From Chrysemys picta bellii (Eukaryota), in contig NC_088801.1 in the NCBI RefSeq assembly GCF_011386835.1, forward strand, positions 10,168,001 to 10,232,000: DNA of 64,000 nt, in the 5' to 3' direction. Below, in pieces: positions 1 to 12,010 of this stretch (positions are counted from its first letter, which is position 1; the number at the start of each line of letters is the position of its first letter). The position numbers were made by a program, and so were the translations under genes. The notes beneath the pieces are model-generated. The model was not told the origin of the DNA, did not search any database, and was given only the letters and a program-made list of their open reading frames with translations.

Positions 1-54
1 ATTTCACACCTTTTTGTGGAGCTGCTCACTCCTCCCTATGCACCTGGCCATCAA

Positions 55-172
55 TTTTTATTTATTGTATTGCGGTAGCACCTTGGAGCCCCTGTCACGG
101 ACCTGGGCCCCATTGTACTAGGCACTGTACAGACACAGAACAATGAGATGGTCCCTGCCTCATAGAGCTGAG
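55..172 (-). mobile_element. L2-type LINE 3' end fragment
   Basis: Resembles the reverse of L2 3' termini (ctaggcactgtacagacacag...gtccctgcctcatagagct). Confidence 0.6.
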
Positions 173-201
173 CTACTTTGTTTGGTGACTGGGGTAGGTG
201 G

Positions 202-1410
202 TGTGACGGGTTGGATCACAGAAACCCCCTTGGGAGCTGCCACCTGATGTGCAAAGACTACCCCTGCTCCTGTTTTCCCTGCCAGCTCAGGACTCCAGCA
301 CCCTGTCTTGCTGAGCCAGACACTCCCGTCTGCTCCAACACAGACCCAGGGTCTGAATCACTTGTCCCAGAGCTGCAAGTTTACCCGAAAACAGCTCACA
401 GAAGTGTGCTTGTCTTTAGCACTCAGATGCCCAACTCCCAATGGGGTCTAAACCCAAATAAATCCGTTTTACCCTGCATAAAGCTTATGCAGGGCAAACT
501 CATAAATTGTTTGCCCTCTATAACACTGATAGAGAGATATGCACAGTTGTTTGCTCCCCCAGGTATTAATACATACTCTGAGTTAATTAATAAGGAAAAA
601 AGTGATTTTATTAAATACAGAAAATAGGATTTAAGTGGTTCCAAGTAGTAACAGACAGAACAAAGTAAGTCACCAAGCAAAATAAAATAAAATGCACAAA
701 TCTATGTCTAATCAAGCTAAATACAGATAAGTTCCTCACCAGTTCCAGAATGCTCCCTTTTACAGGCTAATCTCCTTTTAGCCTGGGTCCAGCACTCACT
801 CACACTCCCTGTAGTTACTGTCATTTGTTCCAGTTCCCTTCAAGTATCCTGGGGGGGTGGAGAGGCTCCTTCCTTAGCCAGCTGAAGACAAAATGGAGGG
901 GTCTCCCACGGGTTTAAATAGACTCTCTCTTGTGGGTGGAGACCCCCCTCCTCCCTCCTATGCCAAGTCCAGCTCCAAGATGCAGTTCTGGAGTCACCTG
1001 GGCAAGTCACATGCCCCTGCATGACTCAGTCTTTACAGGCGGAAGCCATTGTCCACATGGTATCTTGCATGTCTCCTGGAAGACTTCTCAAGTGGATTGG
1101 AGCATTCCAAGATGCATTGTTCCCCAAGTGTTTCCTGATCAGGTACTTAACCTGGCGAATTCCTTCCTAAAGAAGCTGACCAAATGCCTCACAAAGCTTA
1201 CTTAGAAACCAGGCAAGCATACAGCCCATATTCTTAACCTCAAGTAGAAAATGGTATATATGTACAAATAGGATGAATAGATATAGTAGACCATAACCTT
1301 TATGGAGATATGTTACATGGCACAGGCAGCACAAAACATATTCCAGTTATATCATACATACATTTATAAGCAAACCCCCCCCATAAAGCCTTATGGGGTA
1401 CGCTGTCACA
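202..1410 (-). mobile_element. Solo LTR (Gypsy/ERV-like), about 1.2 kb
   Basis: Termini TGTGACG...CTGTCACA; perfect 5-bp TSD GGTGG (197-201 and 1411-1415); on the minus strand TATTTAAA (913-920) precedes AATAAA (607-612). Confidence 0.85.
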
Positions 1411-1424
1411 GGTGGAGTCAGGGA

Positions 1425-2572
1425 TGTGACCCACAGTGCCTGGGGCAGCCCTCACTGGAAATGCTAAGGTCAGGGCAGGCTGCAGGCAGATACTCCCAAG
1501 ACTGGTGGGTAACACTGAAGTTAAACTCCCTAACCAGTCACAAACTGTGCTTCTGATCCCCCACAGTGGTTATCAAGAAGCAAAAAAAGAAATCACACAG
1601 CCCCCTTTATTGCATTCTAGTTCTCTGGCTCCCAGTCAGCACCTAGGTCCAGTACAGTGAGAAGTCATTTAAAAAACTCTGCTCACATATACAAAATGTT
1701 CTTCTGACCCCAAAGGGTCAGCCACCTCACCAGGTCAATATAGGTTTGGATCTTACACAAAATACCACGCTGCCAGCCAATCGTTTAGCGTCTAAAACTA
1801 AAGGTTTATTATAAAGAAAAAAAGAAAGAACAAGAAGAGAGATGTGAAATGGTAAAACAGTCGCATACGTACAAAGACTTCAAAGTCCATTAGGTTCCTA
1901 GCAGTATTGGTGAATCTGCTGGTTTGAAAGTCCCTCTGGAACACATCCACAGCTTGGATGGGTCATTCAGTCCTTTGTTCAGAGCTTCATTTGTAGAAAA
2001 GTTACTCCAGAGGTAAGAAGCAGGCATGAAGACAAAATGGAGATGATGCAGCTGCCTTTTATAGTCTTTTTCCATGCAGCTTGATTTCTTTTGTTCCAGA
2101 CCCAAGCTGCCTGGCACATGGCCTGGAAGCCTTAGAGGTCTGTCCATAAGCAGGCCCCTGCATGCATGCCTTGCTGAGTCATAAGTTATATCCCTTGTCT
2201 TCTCTCAGTGGGTCAATTGTATAGTTGATGGTCCTTAATGGGCCATCAAGCAGCTAGGCAGTGCTGATGCCAAACTGTCTGAGGGGTCAAGTATCAGAGG
2301 GGTAGCCGTGTTAGTCTGAATCTGTAAAAATCTGTTTTGTCTGAGGGGTGTCACCCAGAAGCATAGCACAAGTTTTGAAATACAGACATACATACATAGC
2401 TATAACCCCTAATACCAAGGTGATACAAACATATAAACAAGATTATCACATTTGGCAAATTATAACATTTGTGTAGATATTTTACATGACATATCTGGCC
2501 TAATTCATTGTGATTTTACAATATTGGTATTCATAATATTCTAAAGTGTCCCCCAGATTCCATACTGTGTCA
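1425..2572 (-). mobile_element. Second, older solo LTR of a related family
   Basis: Starts TGTGAC and ends TGTGTCA; shares TGAAGACAAAATGGAG with the first LTR (883-898 vs 2027-2042); minus-strand CTATAAAAG (2056-2064) and AATAAA (1805-1810); TSD not clean. Confidence 0.65.
2289..2330 (-). mobile_element. Penelope-like element terminal fragment inserted in the LTR
   Basis: AAGTATCAGAGGGGTAGCCGTGTTAGTCTG matches the reverse complement of the PLE end near 10355-10386; flanked by 12-bp duplication TGTCTGAGGGGT (2276-2287, 2338-2349). Confidence 0.8.
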
Positions 2573-3803
2573 GAAGGGGTCCTCAACCCCTTCCCACTCA
2601 CAGCAGCCAATATTGGAGGAGTAGCTCTTGCACTCCTCACTGATGCCTGTCTATAATCTGAGCAGGGCCAAGTAGAGGAGTAAGTGGGGATTCCCACTGT
2701 GGCTTAGTCACGGTAGTGACAATCTAGCCCTCAGCAAATAATGACAATGAAACCCCATCAATTATTTGACTACAACCAAAGTCCTTAGTCAAGACCCTCC
2801 ACTTATAGGCCACAGGGCGTTTTAAGCAGGACCAGTGCCCACTGACTGCACTGGGAATTGCACCTGCTTATTCCAGCGCTGAATCTCACCCAAAGTCGCA
2901 CAAATTGAACTTGAAAAGAAAATCTATAATTATTTTTTCTAAAGAACCTGCTCCTTGGGGCAAGAGGAAAAAGGGCCAAAGCTTTTTGCCCAAACAGTTC
3001 TGAGTTAATTAGCACACTTATCAGGGAAAGTGGGCAAAAAAGTGCAGCCAGGTGATTTTTCCTTATTTAACCTCCTAACCAGTAGTTCAGAAAAAAGCAA
3101 TTTCTTTTAAATCTGAGTTCTGGGTGAATGCATTTTATTCTAGCTCCATTAAATTACTCCCCTGCTAAGTTCTCATGAAATAGGTTGTTTGTGCCAGCAG
3201 CCATTCACTCCCTGAAATCATTCAAATCAAAATGCTCTGTGTTTATTAGTACTGATGCATAATTCTCTCTTGGTGTGGAATTTTGAGACTAAGTTATCTG
3301 TGCCCAAATTGCACCTACATTCCTTCCCTGTAATTCTGGGAAGACCCAAATTCTGCTCTCAGTGACACACATACAGCTGAGTTATCTTGAGAATGTGGCC
3401 CTATACAGTACTTGATGAATGCTTCAGGGTGGTAAGGATAGGGATTGTATTACAACGATAGGCATGGCTATGCAAATAAGTGCATGTGACTATGCTAATG
3501 TGTTAAGCCTTTGAGCATGCCCAGTGTCAACCAGATGTTTCCAGATGTTTCAGACTGAGTTGAGTATTCATGCGGTTGCTGCTATGTGACACACTGAACG
3601 GGGCTGGTTGGAAATTTTTGACTAAAGTTTTTTTTTTTTTTGGTCAGATAATACTGATTGGCTACAACCAGAACTGTTTGTGGAAACGTATCCCTTTTGA
3701 TGAAATTTTCATTGAGAAAGAGAGACCCACCCCACCGTAGCCAGTTGATGTTATTGCACTCACCTCCAGGCTGAAGAATGGCTCCAATAGGAGAGACTGC
3801 CTC

Positions 3804-3925
3804 TAGCCCAGAAGTTAGCGCACTCCCCTGGGATTTTGGAGACCCAGGTTTGAGTCCTTGCTCTGAATCAGGTGGAGTAGGGACTTGAGCCGAGGTGTCC
3901 CACATCCCAGAGGAATGCCTTGGCT
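3804..3925. repeat. Inverted pair of degenerate tRNA-like (SINE-head) units
   Basis: A-box-like TAGCCCAG at 3804, B-box-like GGTTTGAGTCC at 3847-3857, followed by an inverted copy (GGACTTGAGCC at 3881). Confidence 0.55.
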
Positions 3926-5635
3926 ATTCAGGCATGGGTCTGGGTTCTTGTCTTGTAATTCTTCATGAAACAGAATTCTCATTTTCCGGCCAGTGCTATT
4001 CCTGAGCAGTTACTGTATATTACCCAGAGAAGGTGCTGCAGTAACATCCTGTGTCGCTACCTTTGAGCCTTCCTCTCTATAACAACCTTGCAACTTCTGC
4101 ATCCTTGTGAATGGGAGACCAGGCATGTCACGGAATTGAGATGTGTGGGACTGAGATGCCGGAAGGAAGAGGGCTACTGCTCTGGTATTTATCTGGTGCT
4201 TGGTACTTATCGCCTTCTTGCAAGCCGTGCCATTGTCAGCTATGCTGGTCTCTGTACGTCCCTACCCCCAGCCTGAGGTGTAACTGAGCATTACTAATCA
4301 TTTACCTGGTCATGCTACTGTGTACTGAGGCTTTCACTCTGTCTACATTGTCTTACTTTCTGCTGTAGCAGCAACAGGGGGGCGGAGATTAGACAAATCT
4401 GCTGTAGCGTTGCTTGTCCTTATGCTGCTGCAGAATTCTGTCACACAGTAGCACGCTGAAAACCTACCACAGTTGCTCCTGATTGGTGCCCTTCCTGGAA
4501 GTCTTGTCTGATGGGTCTATGACTGTATGGACGTAGCAACTAAACTATCTTCTCATCTCTACAGTTGGTCCCTCCAGCTCAGAGCTGATGCACATGGATG
4601 TGGGGCATGGCCTATGTGCTGCTGGATGGTGTGGGGGGAAGCTTGCACTGTCACTGCCTGTGCTGTAGATGGAGACTTCGGTCTCCAGGACTCTGCCTGG
4701 CACCTTCCAGCATGACCAAATTCATTTAAATTTTATACAAATACATCCAGCATCAAAATCCACAGGTTCAGATTCTGATCTCGGTCTCATTCTGGAGTAA
4801 CTCCAGTTAAATTGACGTTGATGATATCAGAAGTTGGTCCACTGAGGCCAGTGTTTGACTGCTTTCCAGAACTACCCTGACACTTCACTTGAAAGAACCA
4901 GAATCAAAGAAGGAAAGGACACCCAATGATCCCTTGCAATGAATAAATGCATCTTTAATGTCCTGGAAAGAGCCTCTTGTTCCTCACCACAGGTTTTATG
5001 TAGGACCCAATGCACAGTGAACAAGGGTACAGTCCAGATGGGGGATGCATTCAAAAGGCCTGAGTCTACTTTTTTGTATTATACACGTATACATCCATTG
5101 ACTTCAGCCGAGTCCATCCTGATTTACATCAGCATAAGCGAGAGAAGAATCTGGCTCTTAGTGTATTAATTCCAGTCTCCAGGGACATGATGGTGTCTAA
5201 TAATGTTCTCTAATTTATTCTCCAGCCATTCGCAAACAGCTTTAATGGCTTGTTTATCTCCTCTAAAATGATGAATACATCACTCATCGATTGGCCTTAT
5301 TAAATGACTAACATGCCATGGGTGGCTTAGCGGCTGAAGCATCAGGGCTGAAATAATTGGATTCACTGGAACCCTACGTCTGAATCCTGGCAGAATCACT
5401 AATGTCTTTGACGCGCTTGGATACTACCGCGTTGGGGGCCTAGAAGCACCTGGATAGACAGCCAGGCAGTCAGCTCAGGCCCGTTATCTTTTCCCCAGGG
5501 AAGTTTTAGATTGAATTTTACTGTAAGTCTTGTGGGGGAGACTTTAAAAATGAAATTCTCTCTGCTCTCTTTGGGAATTAAAGAACCCATGGTGTTTTTC
5601 CTATGTCCTTGGTCAAAGTCTCCCCACCCTCCCCC

Positions 5636-5768
5636 NNNNNNNNNNNNNNNNNNNNNNNNNNNNNNNNNNNNNNNNNNNNNNNNNNNNNNNNNNNNNNNNN
5701 NNNNNNNNNNNNNNNNNNNNNNNNNNNNNNNNNNNNNNNNNNNNNNNNNNNNNNNNNNNNNNNNNNNN
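5636..5768. other. Assembly gap (133 N)
   Basis: Run of N following a C-rich tract. Confidence 1.
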
Positions 5769-7780
5769 AGGTGATTCTTGGATGTGAAGATGGTTGGCCA
5801 GATTGTCAAAGGGTCAGCACCCACAGTTGGGGCCGTTTTTTTCAATAAAGCTCAGCATCCAACACGATAAAGGTCTTTTGGAAATTTGGCCACTTATTTT
5901 GATGCCTCTATGGTTGCTGACGTCCCTCGAACACATGCGTCCCTATGTATGATTGCTGAGCTCTTTTGAAAATCTGGTCCAATGGGGCCAAACCCTGCGG
6001 TCCTTCTTCAAGCAAAGTTCCCATTGGCCAGCAGGGATAGCAGAATTTGTCCTACAGCTGGTAAAGTGCTTTCAAATTTGGCGGGGGATACTGGGCCTGA
6101 AAGACACAATGTTTGACTCTTAAATCTCTCCCTTCTTCCTCTGAAGACACACCAGCACTTCTTTGGGACAGTGGCTAAATATGGGCCAAATACTGGAGTA
6201 CTAAAATTGGTCAAACCTTTGAAGGAAGCCTGAGGAAGAGCTGAAGGATTTGCTCTAATATTTTAAAGGAAATTTGCTGTAGTCATGTTTCAGTAGTCAA
6301 AAGAATACACTGTTTCCTGTGGGAACTTGTGCTCTGGAGTGTATGCCTTGCAAGAGGACTCTCCTACATATGCATCAAAGAAATGAGTGGCAGAGAATAT
6401 ATTAATTAACAGCCTGAAGAAATTAATGTAAATTAAGGACACAATGAATTTTTAAAATTAATTTAGCTGATTCTCAGGAAGCAAATGGGTCTAGATAGAG
6501 AAATCAGAATAGGGAGATGCATTGCAAGCATATCTGACCATGTCAAAACCACAATAAAGATGCCAAAGATTAATCAAGTGCAAATTAAGCACACCTGTGA
6601 TAGAAAACAAAGCATGAATTCTAAGGAGCTAGTCACCTGTCTTGTAACCCAAACCTCACTCATCATCAGATTGGCCCACCTAGATACTCAAATACCAATT
6701 AGTGCAGATAAAATAAAAACCAACCTAAATCCTTCCCATAAATTCAAATCAGACATTTCTTGAGGTTTTAAAAGTTCATGTCGCTTTTTCCACCACCACT
6801 TTTCATCTTCAGGAAGCGGCACTTTCTTGCTCCCAGGTGGGAGCAAAAATGGAAATGCCTGGATCTGAGTGAATGTTCTTGAATTCCCGTGAATCTTCTT
6901 TCCAATGTATTTTAGAAGATCTGCTTTGATTATGCTTGAGTTCCTTTTGCATTCACTTTCTGTGAATATTCTAACAGGTAGGTTTGCTGGGAGGAAAATT
7001 TTCAGGAAAAGAGAATTTTCAGCAAGAATTTCAGATAATTCGCATGAAATTAATTTCAAATTCATAATCATGAGTGCTCACATCAGGGACCTGATTCTAA
7101 ATCTGCAAGTTATGCTTATCCAATCAGAAAACAGATAGAGACCATGTGACCTATATGTCCCATCAAAACAGCTTAATTTCAATCCTTAATATTCTGAAGG
7201 AACTGTTTATGACCGAGCTGCAATTATTTCTAGATATTATTTGGTGAATAATTTTGAATAACAAATTCAAGAAAATTGGGATTTTTTTCCCGGATCGTTA
7301 GCAATGGAAAAGAGAGGGAATGAGTCAAATATGTGATTTTTTTGCAAATTCTTTGCCCAGCTCCAGAACTGACAAAATAACACAAAGGAAGCTGCTTTTG
7401 TTCTATTTGCAGCCAGCATTGGAAGCAAAAGTGCCCCAAATCTCTCTGCAACACCTGTTCTGACCAGATTTCTAGCCAGTTTTATGAAATAGGTTTGATT
7501 TAACTGTAAAGAAGCATTTTGGCCGCACTAGTGAATCTTAGGGTTTGTCTACACATTAACATGAACTAGGTACCTTTAAATTCAGGGTCCACATGAGGCC
7601 GTTACAGCGCAACACTAGCAGGGTCCACATGGGGCAGTTACAATGCAACACTTTAGTGTGCACTGCAACTCACACCCCCATAATCCGCAGTGTGGGGCTG
7701 CATAGATGAGCTCCTAAGTTCATTGATGCTTGTATGCATGGGGACTAACACTTTATAAAGTCAGTAGGAGTCTTTCTGGG

Positions 7781-8072
7781 CAGGGGCAGCTCTATGTTTT
7801 TTGCCACCCCAAGCATGGCAGTCAGGGAGCCTTCGGCGGCATGCCTGCAGGCGGTCCACTGGTCACACGGATTCGGCGGCGTTTCTGTGAGTGATCTCCC
7901 AGTCCCACACCTTCGCCGTACCCGCTGCCGAAGCTGCGGGACCAGCGGACCTCCAGCAGGCATGCCACCAAAAGCCGCCTGCCTGCCGCCCTCACAGGGA
8001 CCGGCAGGCTGCCCCCTGCGGCTTGCCACCCCAGGCATGCACTTGCTGTGCTGGTGCCTGGAGCCGCCCCTG
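7781..8072. mobile_element. Non-autonomous hAT transposon (GC-rich MITE)
   Basis: TIR CAGGGGCAGCTC / GAGCCGCCCCTG; perfect 8-bp TSD TTTCTGGG (7773-7780, 8073-8080). Confidence 0.92.
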
Positions 8073-8099
8073 TTTCTGGGGACAGGTTACTCTATTACT

Positions 8100-8200
8100 G
8101 TAGGATTTCTTGCACCGTTCTCTGATACTGGTCACTGTCAAAAGACAGGATACTGGATTAGATGGATTGTGGTTCTGATCCAATATGGCAATTCTTTCAA
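8100..8200 (+). mobile_element. CR1-type LINE 3' end fragment
   Basis: tactggtcactgtc..gacaggatactggattagatgga..ggttctgatccaatatggcaattct resembles CR1 3' ends; similar copy near 37440-37515. Confidence 0.55.
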
Positions 8201-9877
8201 TGGTCTTTGGGTCATTCCCCACATACATCAATTAGCTTGGAAAGTGCTGAGGTCTGGTGCTGAAAAGCCTGGCCTTTCTTCCTTATTGTTCTGTTCCCTC
8301 ATGCATTGTTTCCCTCAGTAATTAACAAGGACAGATACCTACTTCTCTAGTGATTGTTTAACTGCACTGACAATTCCAGGGCTCTCCCTGGGGACCGTCC
8401 CAAATGTGACATGCTTTTTAAGTTATGTCCCCTTATTGATCTCTTGTCTGAATAATTCCAAGAAGTAGCTGCTCCTGGCCATGGCATGTCTGTAACCAAG
8501 CTGATAGTGTCATTCACGGGAAGAATTATTTTTAAAAGGATGCCTCTTCAGCAGCATGCTTGGTATTTCAAATGTAACAAGCTCTTTTAGAGCTCCCTGG
8601 GCAGATCAGATATATTAGAGACGGATCAGAATCTTGAATTCTTGAATCTGAGTGCCCCAGTGTATTTGGGGACTTAAACTGGGATGTGACTCCTCAGACC
8701 CAAGTGTACCCCTTCAATTTTAATTTCTGTTTGGGTCCAAAGCTAGAAGTGGCCCATGTTCCTGTTTATATGCAGCTTGAAGCCCCACAAAAACAATTTG
8801 TGTTGGGAGATTTTGTCCCAAAATCAGGGGAAACTCTGAGAATGGCTGATTTTGGAAGGATGGCAGGAATCTCATGGGAAACTCCACTATTTTGGGCTGA
8901 AATTTCACAAGAAAAGCTCACAAGGTCTGCGTGTCCTCAAATGTGAACCTGAGCCCTGGCCTTGAACCCAAACTGTAAATTCCAGCTAAAATCTAAGCCA
9001 GGCTGAAAGTCTGAGTCGAATGCCACTTCCTTGACATGTACAACTGTATGTATCCCACCTGTTTCTCTCTCTGTCCTTATGTGTAATTGTTGTATATTCG
9101 AAGAAATAAAGCAGTGTTTTATTGCAACCTAAAAGAGCTGGCTCAGAAGCTCTCTGGACCATTAATATTGACTTTCAATAACTCTTGGAACACTGGGGAA
9201 GTTCCAGAAGACTGGAAGAAATCTAATGTTGTGTCTATATTTGAAAAAGGTGAATGGGACAACCCCTCTAATTATAGGTCCTTCAGTCTCACATCAATTC
9301 CAGGCATGGAGTGGCTGATACGGAACGTGATTGATACAGAATTAATGGAAAGTAATACAATATAATTCATTCCAGTCAACGTGGGTTTATCGAAAATAGT
9401 TCTGTCAAACTATCCCTATATATATATATTATGAAATGACAAGTTTGATTGATAAAGGTAAGAGTGTTGATGTAATATACTTTGATTTCTGTCAGGCATT
9501 TGATGTGGTACTGCAAGTCAATTTGGTTAAAAAACAAGTTACAAAATTAACATGGCCCACAGTAAATGGATTAAACACTGGCTAACTGATAGGTCTCAAA
9601 ATGTGACGGTAAATTGACAATCATCATCAACTGGGTGTGTTTCTATTGGAATCCTACAGAGATCAGTTCTTGACCAAATGCTATTTAACATCTTTATCAG
9701 TGACCTGGAAGAAAACAAAGTTTGCAAATGACAAAAAACTGGGGGGAATGGTGAGTAATGAAGATGTCAAGTCACTGATACAAAGCAGTCTGGATCACGT
9801 GGTAAGCTAGGTGCGAGCAAACAATATGTAAATGTATGCATCTAGGAATAAAGAATGAAGGCCATACTTACAGGAAG

Positions 9878-10380
9878 GATAATGTAAAAGGATAAATGGA
9901 CACACGTCAGATATTAGGAATGGCAATATACAAAAACCTGTAGGAGAACACTTCAACCTCCTTGGCCGCACAATAGCAGATGTAAAGGTAGCCATCTTAC
10001 AGCAAAAAAACTTCAGGACCAGACTCCAAAGAGAAACTGCTGAGCTCCAGTTCATTTGCAATTTTGACACCATCAGCTCAGGATTAAACAAGGACTGTGA
10101 ATGGCTAGCCAACTACAAGAGCAGTTTCTCCTCCCTTGGTGTTCACACCTCAACTGCTAGAAGAGGGCCTTACCCTCCCTGATTGAACTAACCTCGTTAT
10201 CTCTAGACTGATTCCTGCCTGCATATTTATACCTGCCTCTGGAAATTTCCATTACATGCGTCTGACAAAGTGGGTATTCACTCATGAAAGCTTATGCTCC
10301 AATACATCTGTTAGTCTATAAGGTGCCACAGGACTCTTTGTTGCTTTTTACAGATCCAGACTAACACGGCTACCCCTCTG
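9878..10380 (+). mobile_element. Truncated Penelope-like element (GIY-YIG C-terminus plus pseudo-LTR)
   Basis: 9890-10117 translates RINGHTSDIRNGNIQKPVGEHFNLLGRTIADVKVAILQQKNFRTRLQRETAELQFICNFDTISSGLNKDCEWLANYK; 14-bp duplication ATACTTACAGGAAG (9864-9877, 10381-10394). Confidence 0.88.
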
Positions 10381-10628
10381 ATACTTACAGGAAGAGGGAC
10401 TCTATCCAAGTAAGTAGTGACTCTGAAAAAAAATTGGGGGATCACAGTGAATAATCTGAACATGATCTCCCAATGCAATGCTGTGGCCAAACGGGCTCAT
10501 GCAATCCTTGGATGCATAAACGGGGGAATCTCAAGTAGGACTAGAGAGTTTATATAACCTTTGTATTTGGTAATGGTATAAATGTTGCTGGAATACCATG
10601 TCCAGTTCTGGTGTCCACAGTTCAAGAA

Positions 10629-10886
10629 AAGTTTCAGAGTAGCAGCCGTGTTAGTCTGTATCCGCAAAAAGAAGAACAGGAGGACTTGTGGCACCTTAGA
10701 GACTAACAAATTTATTAGAGCATAAGCTTTCGTGGACTACAGCCCACTTCTTCGGATGCATATAGAACATATATATATGTTCCATTCTATATGCATCCGA
10801 AGAAGTGGGCTGTAGTCCACGAAAGCTTATGCTCTAATAAATTTGTTAGTCTCTAAGGTGCCACAAGTCCTCCTGTTCTTCTTTTT
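10629..10886. mobile_element. Palindromic Penelope-like element insertion (two inverted pLTR ends)
   Basis: Arms 10666-10767 and 10785-10886 are exact reverse complements; 12-bp duplication ACAGTTCAAGAA (10617-10628, 10887-10898). Confidence 0.9.
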
Positions 10887-12010
10887 ACAGTTCAAGAAGG
10901 ATGTTGCTAAATTGGAGAGGGTTCAGAGAAGAGCCATGAGAATGTTTACAGGATTAGAAAACATGCTTTAGAGTGATAGGCTCAAGGAGATTGATCTATT
11001 TAGTTTAACAAAGAGAAAATTAAGGCTTATCAGTCTATAAGCACCTACATGGGGAACAAATATTTGATAACAGGCTCTTCAGTCTAGCAGAGAAAGGTAT
11101 AAGACGATCTAACTGTTGGAAGCTGAAGCTAGACAAATTCAGATTGGAAATAGGGTGTAAAATTTTAACAGCTGAGGATAATTACCTGAGGGTCATTGTG
11201 GATTCTCTATCACTGACAATTTTTAAATCAAGTGGATATATTTTTTAAAAGATCTGCCATAGGAATTATTTTGGGGAAGTTCTAGATGAGCACAGTGGTC
11301 CCTTCTGGGCTGTGAATCTATAAGGAAACCAAAACATTTGACCAACAGTAGGCTGAATAACTGGGGAACTAATGGGTAAATGATCCACACTTCAGGACAC
11401 AACCAAGTTTCAGCGGAAGTGGAGTTTCGGGTTAGAAGGGTTCAGGCCTAGGGTTTACTCAGTATATATGCCCCAAAATAAGCCATTATTTAATGGAACA
11501 GATTCTTGTGCTTGACAAAGGACCCTGGGAAGGGAGGACAAAGGCAGCCTTAAAGTTGTCTTATTACCCTGTCATAAATTCATTGTTACCATATCTGCTT
11601 GTTGTATCCATCTGTGTCTCATCAGATGTTTAGATTGGTAAGCTCTTTGGGACTGTTACTTATGAGTATGGTACATTGCACCTTTGCTCCCCCCTGCTCC
11701 TGGTGGCTGACTCAGCCACTGGCATAAGTTAAAGCAGCTCCCCAGTCCGCTGATCCAGGATCACCAAAGCTCCATCTGCATCCTCTGCTGCCCGTGGCAC
11801 ATACCGTACACTGCGGGGTAGATTGGGTATGGGGGATACACAGCCAGCTTTGCCTGCTCTGTGATAGCCAAGGATTTCCCTATACAAGGAGAACCTCTCG
11901 CTGGCCTGTTAGGGCAGCTTTTTGTCCCTATGCAAAGGCCAAAGGCAGAAAGAGGGAGCATGTGGGGTACAGCAACCCCTGTACTGCTACATGCAGAGGA
12001 AGCATGCTCC

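Larger units (their letters stand above)
9125..11323 (+). mobile_element. 5'-truncated CR1 LINE (RT region to 3' end), interrupted by two PLE insertions
   Basis: ORF 9087-9365 encodes the CR1 RT segment SWNTGEVPEDWKKSNVVSIFEKG...PSNYRSFSLTSIPG; degenerate CR1 ORF2 continues (ttcaagaaggatgttgctaaattggagagggttcagagaagagcc) to a typical 3' end (ggtcccttctgggctgtgaatcta). Confidence 0.9.

Noticed and set aside
3804-3870. Functional tRNA gene
   Set aside because: A/B boxes are degenerate and no cloverleaf is evident; treated as a repeat
5399-5848. ORFs spanning the N run
   Set aside because: Artefacts of translating through the assembly gap
6688-7071. 127-aa minus-strand ORF in unique sequence
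   Set aside because: No recognisable domain or supporting exon structure; length is compatible with chance
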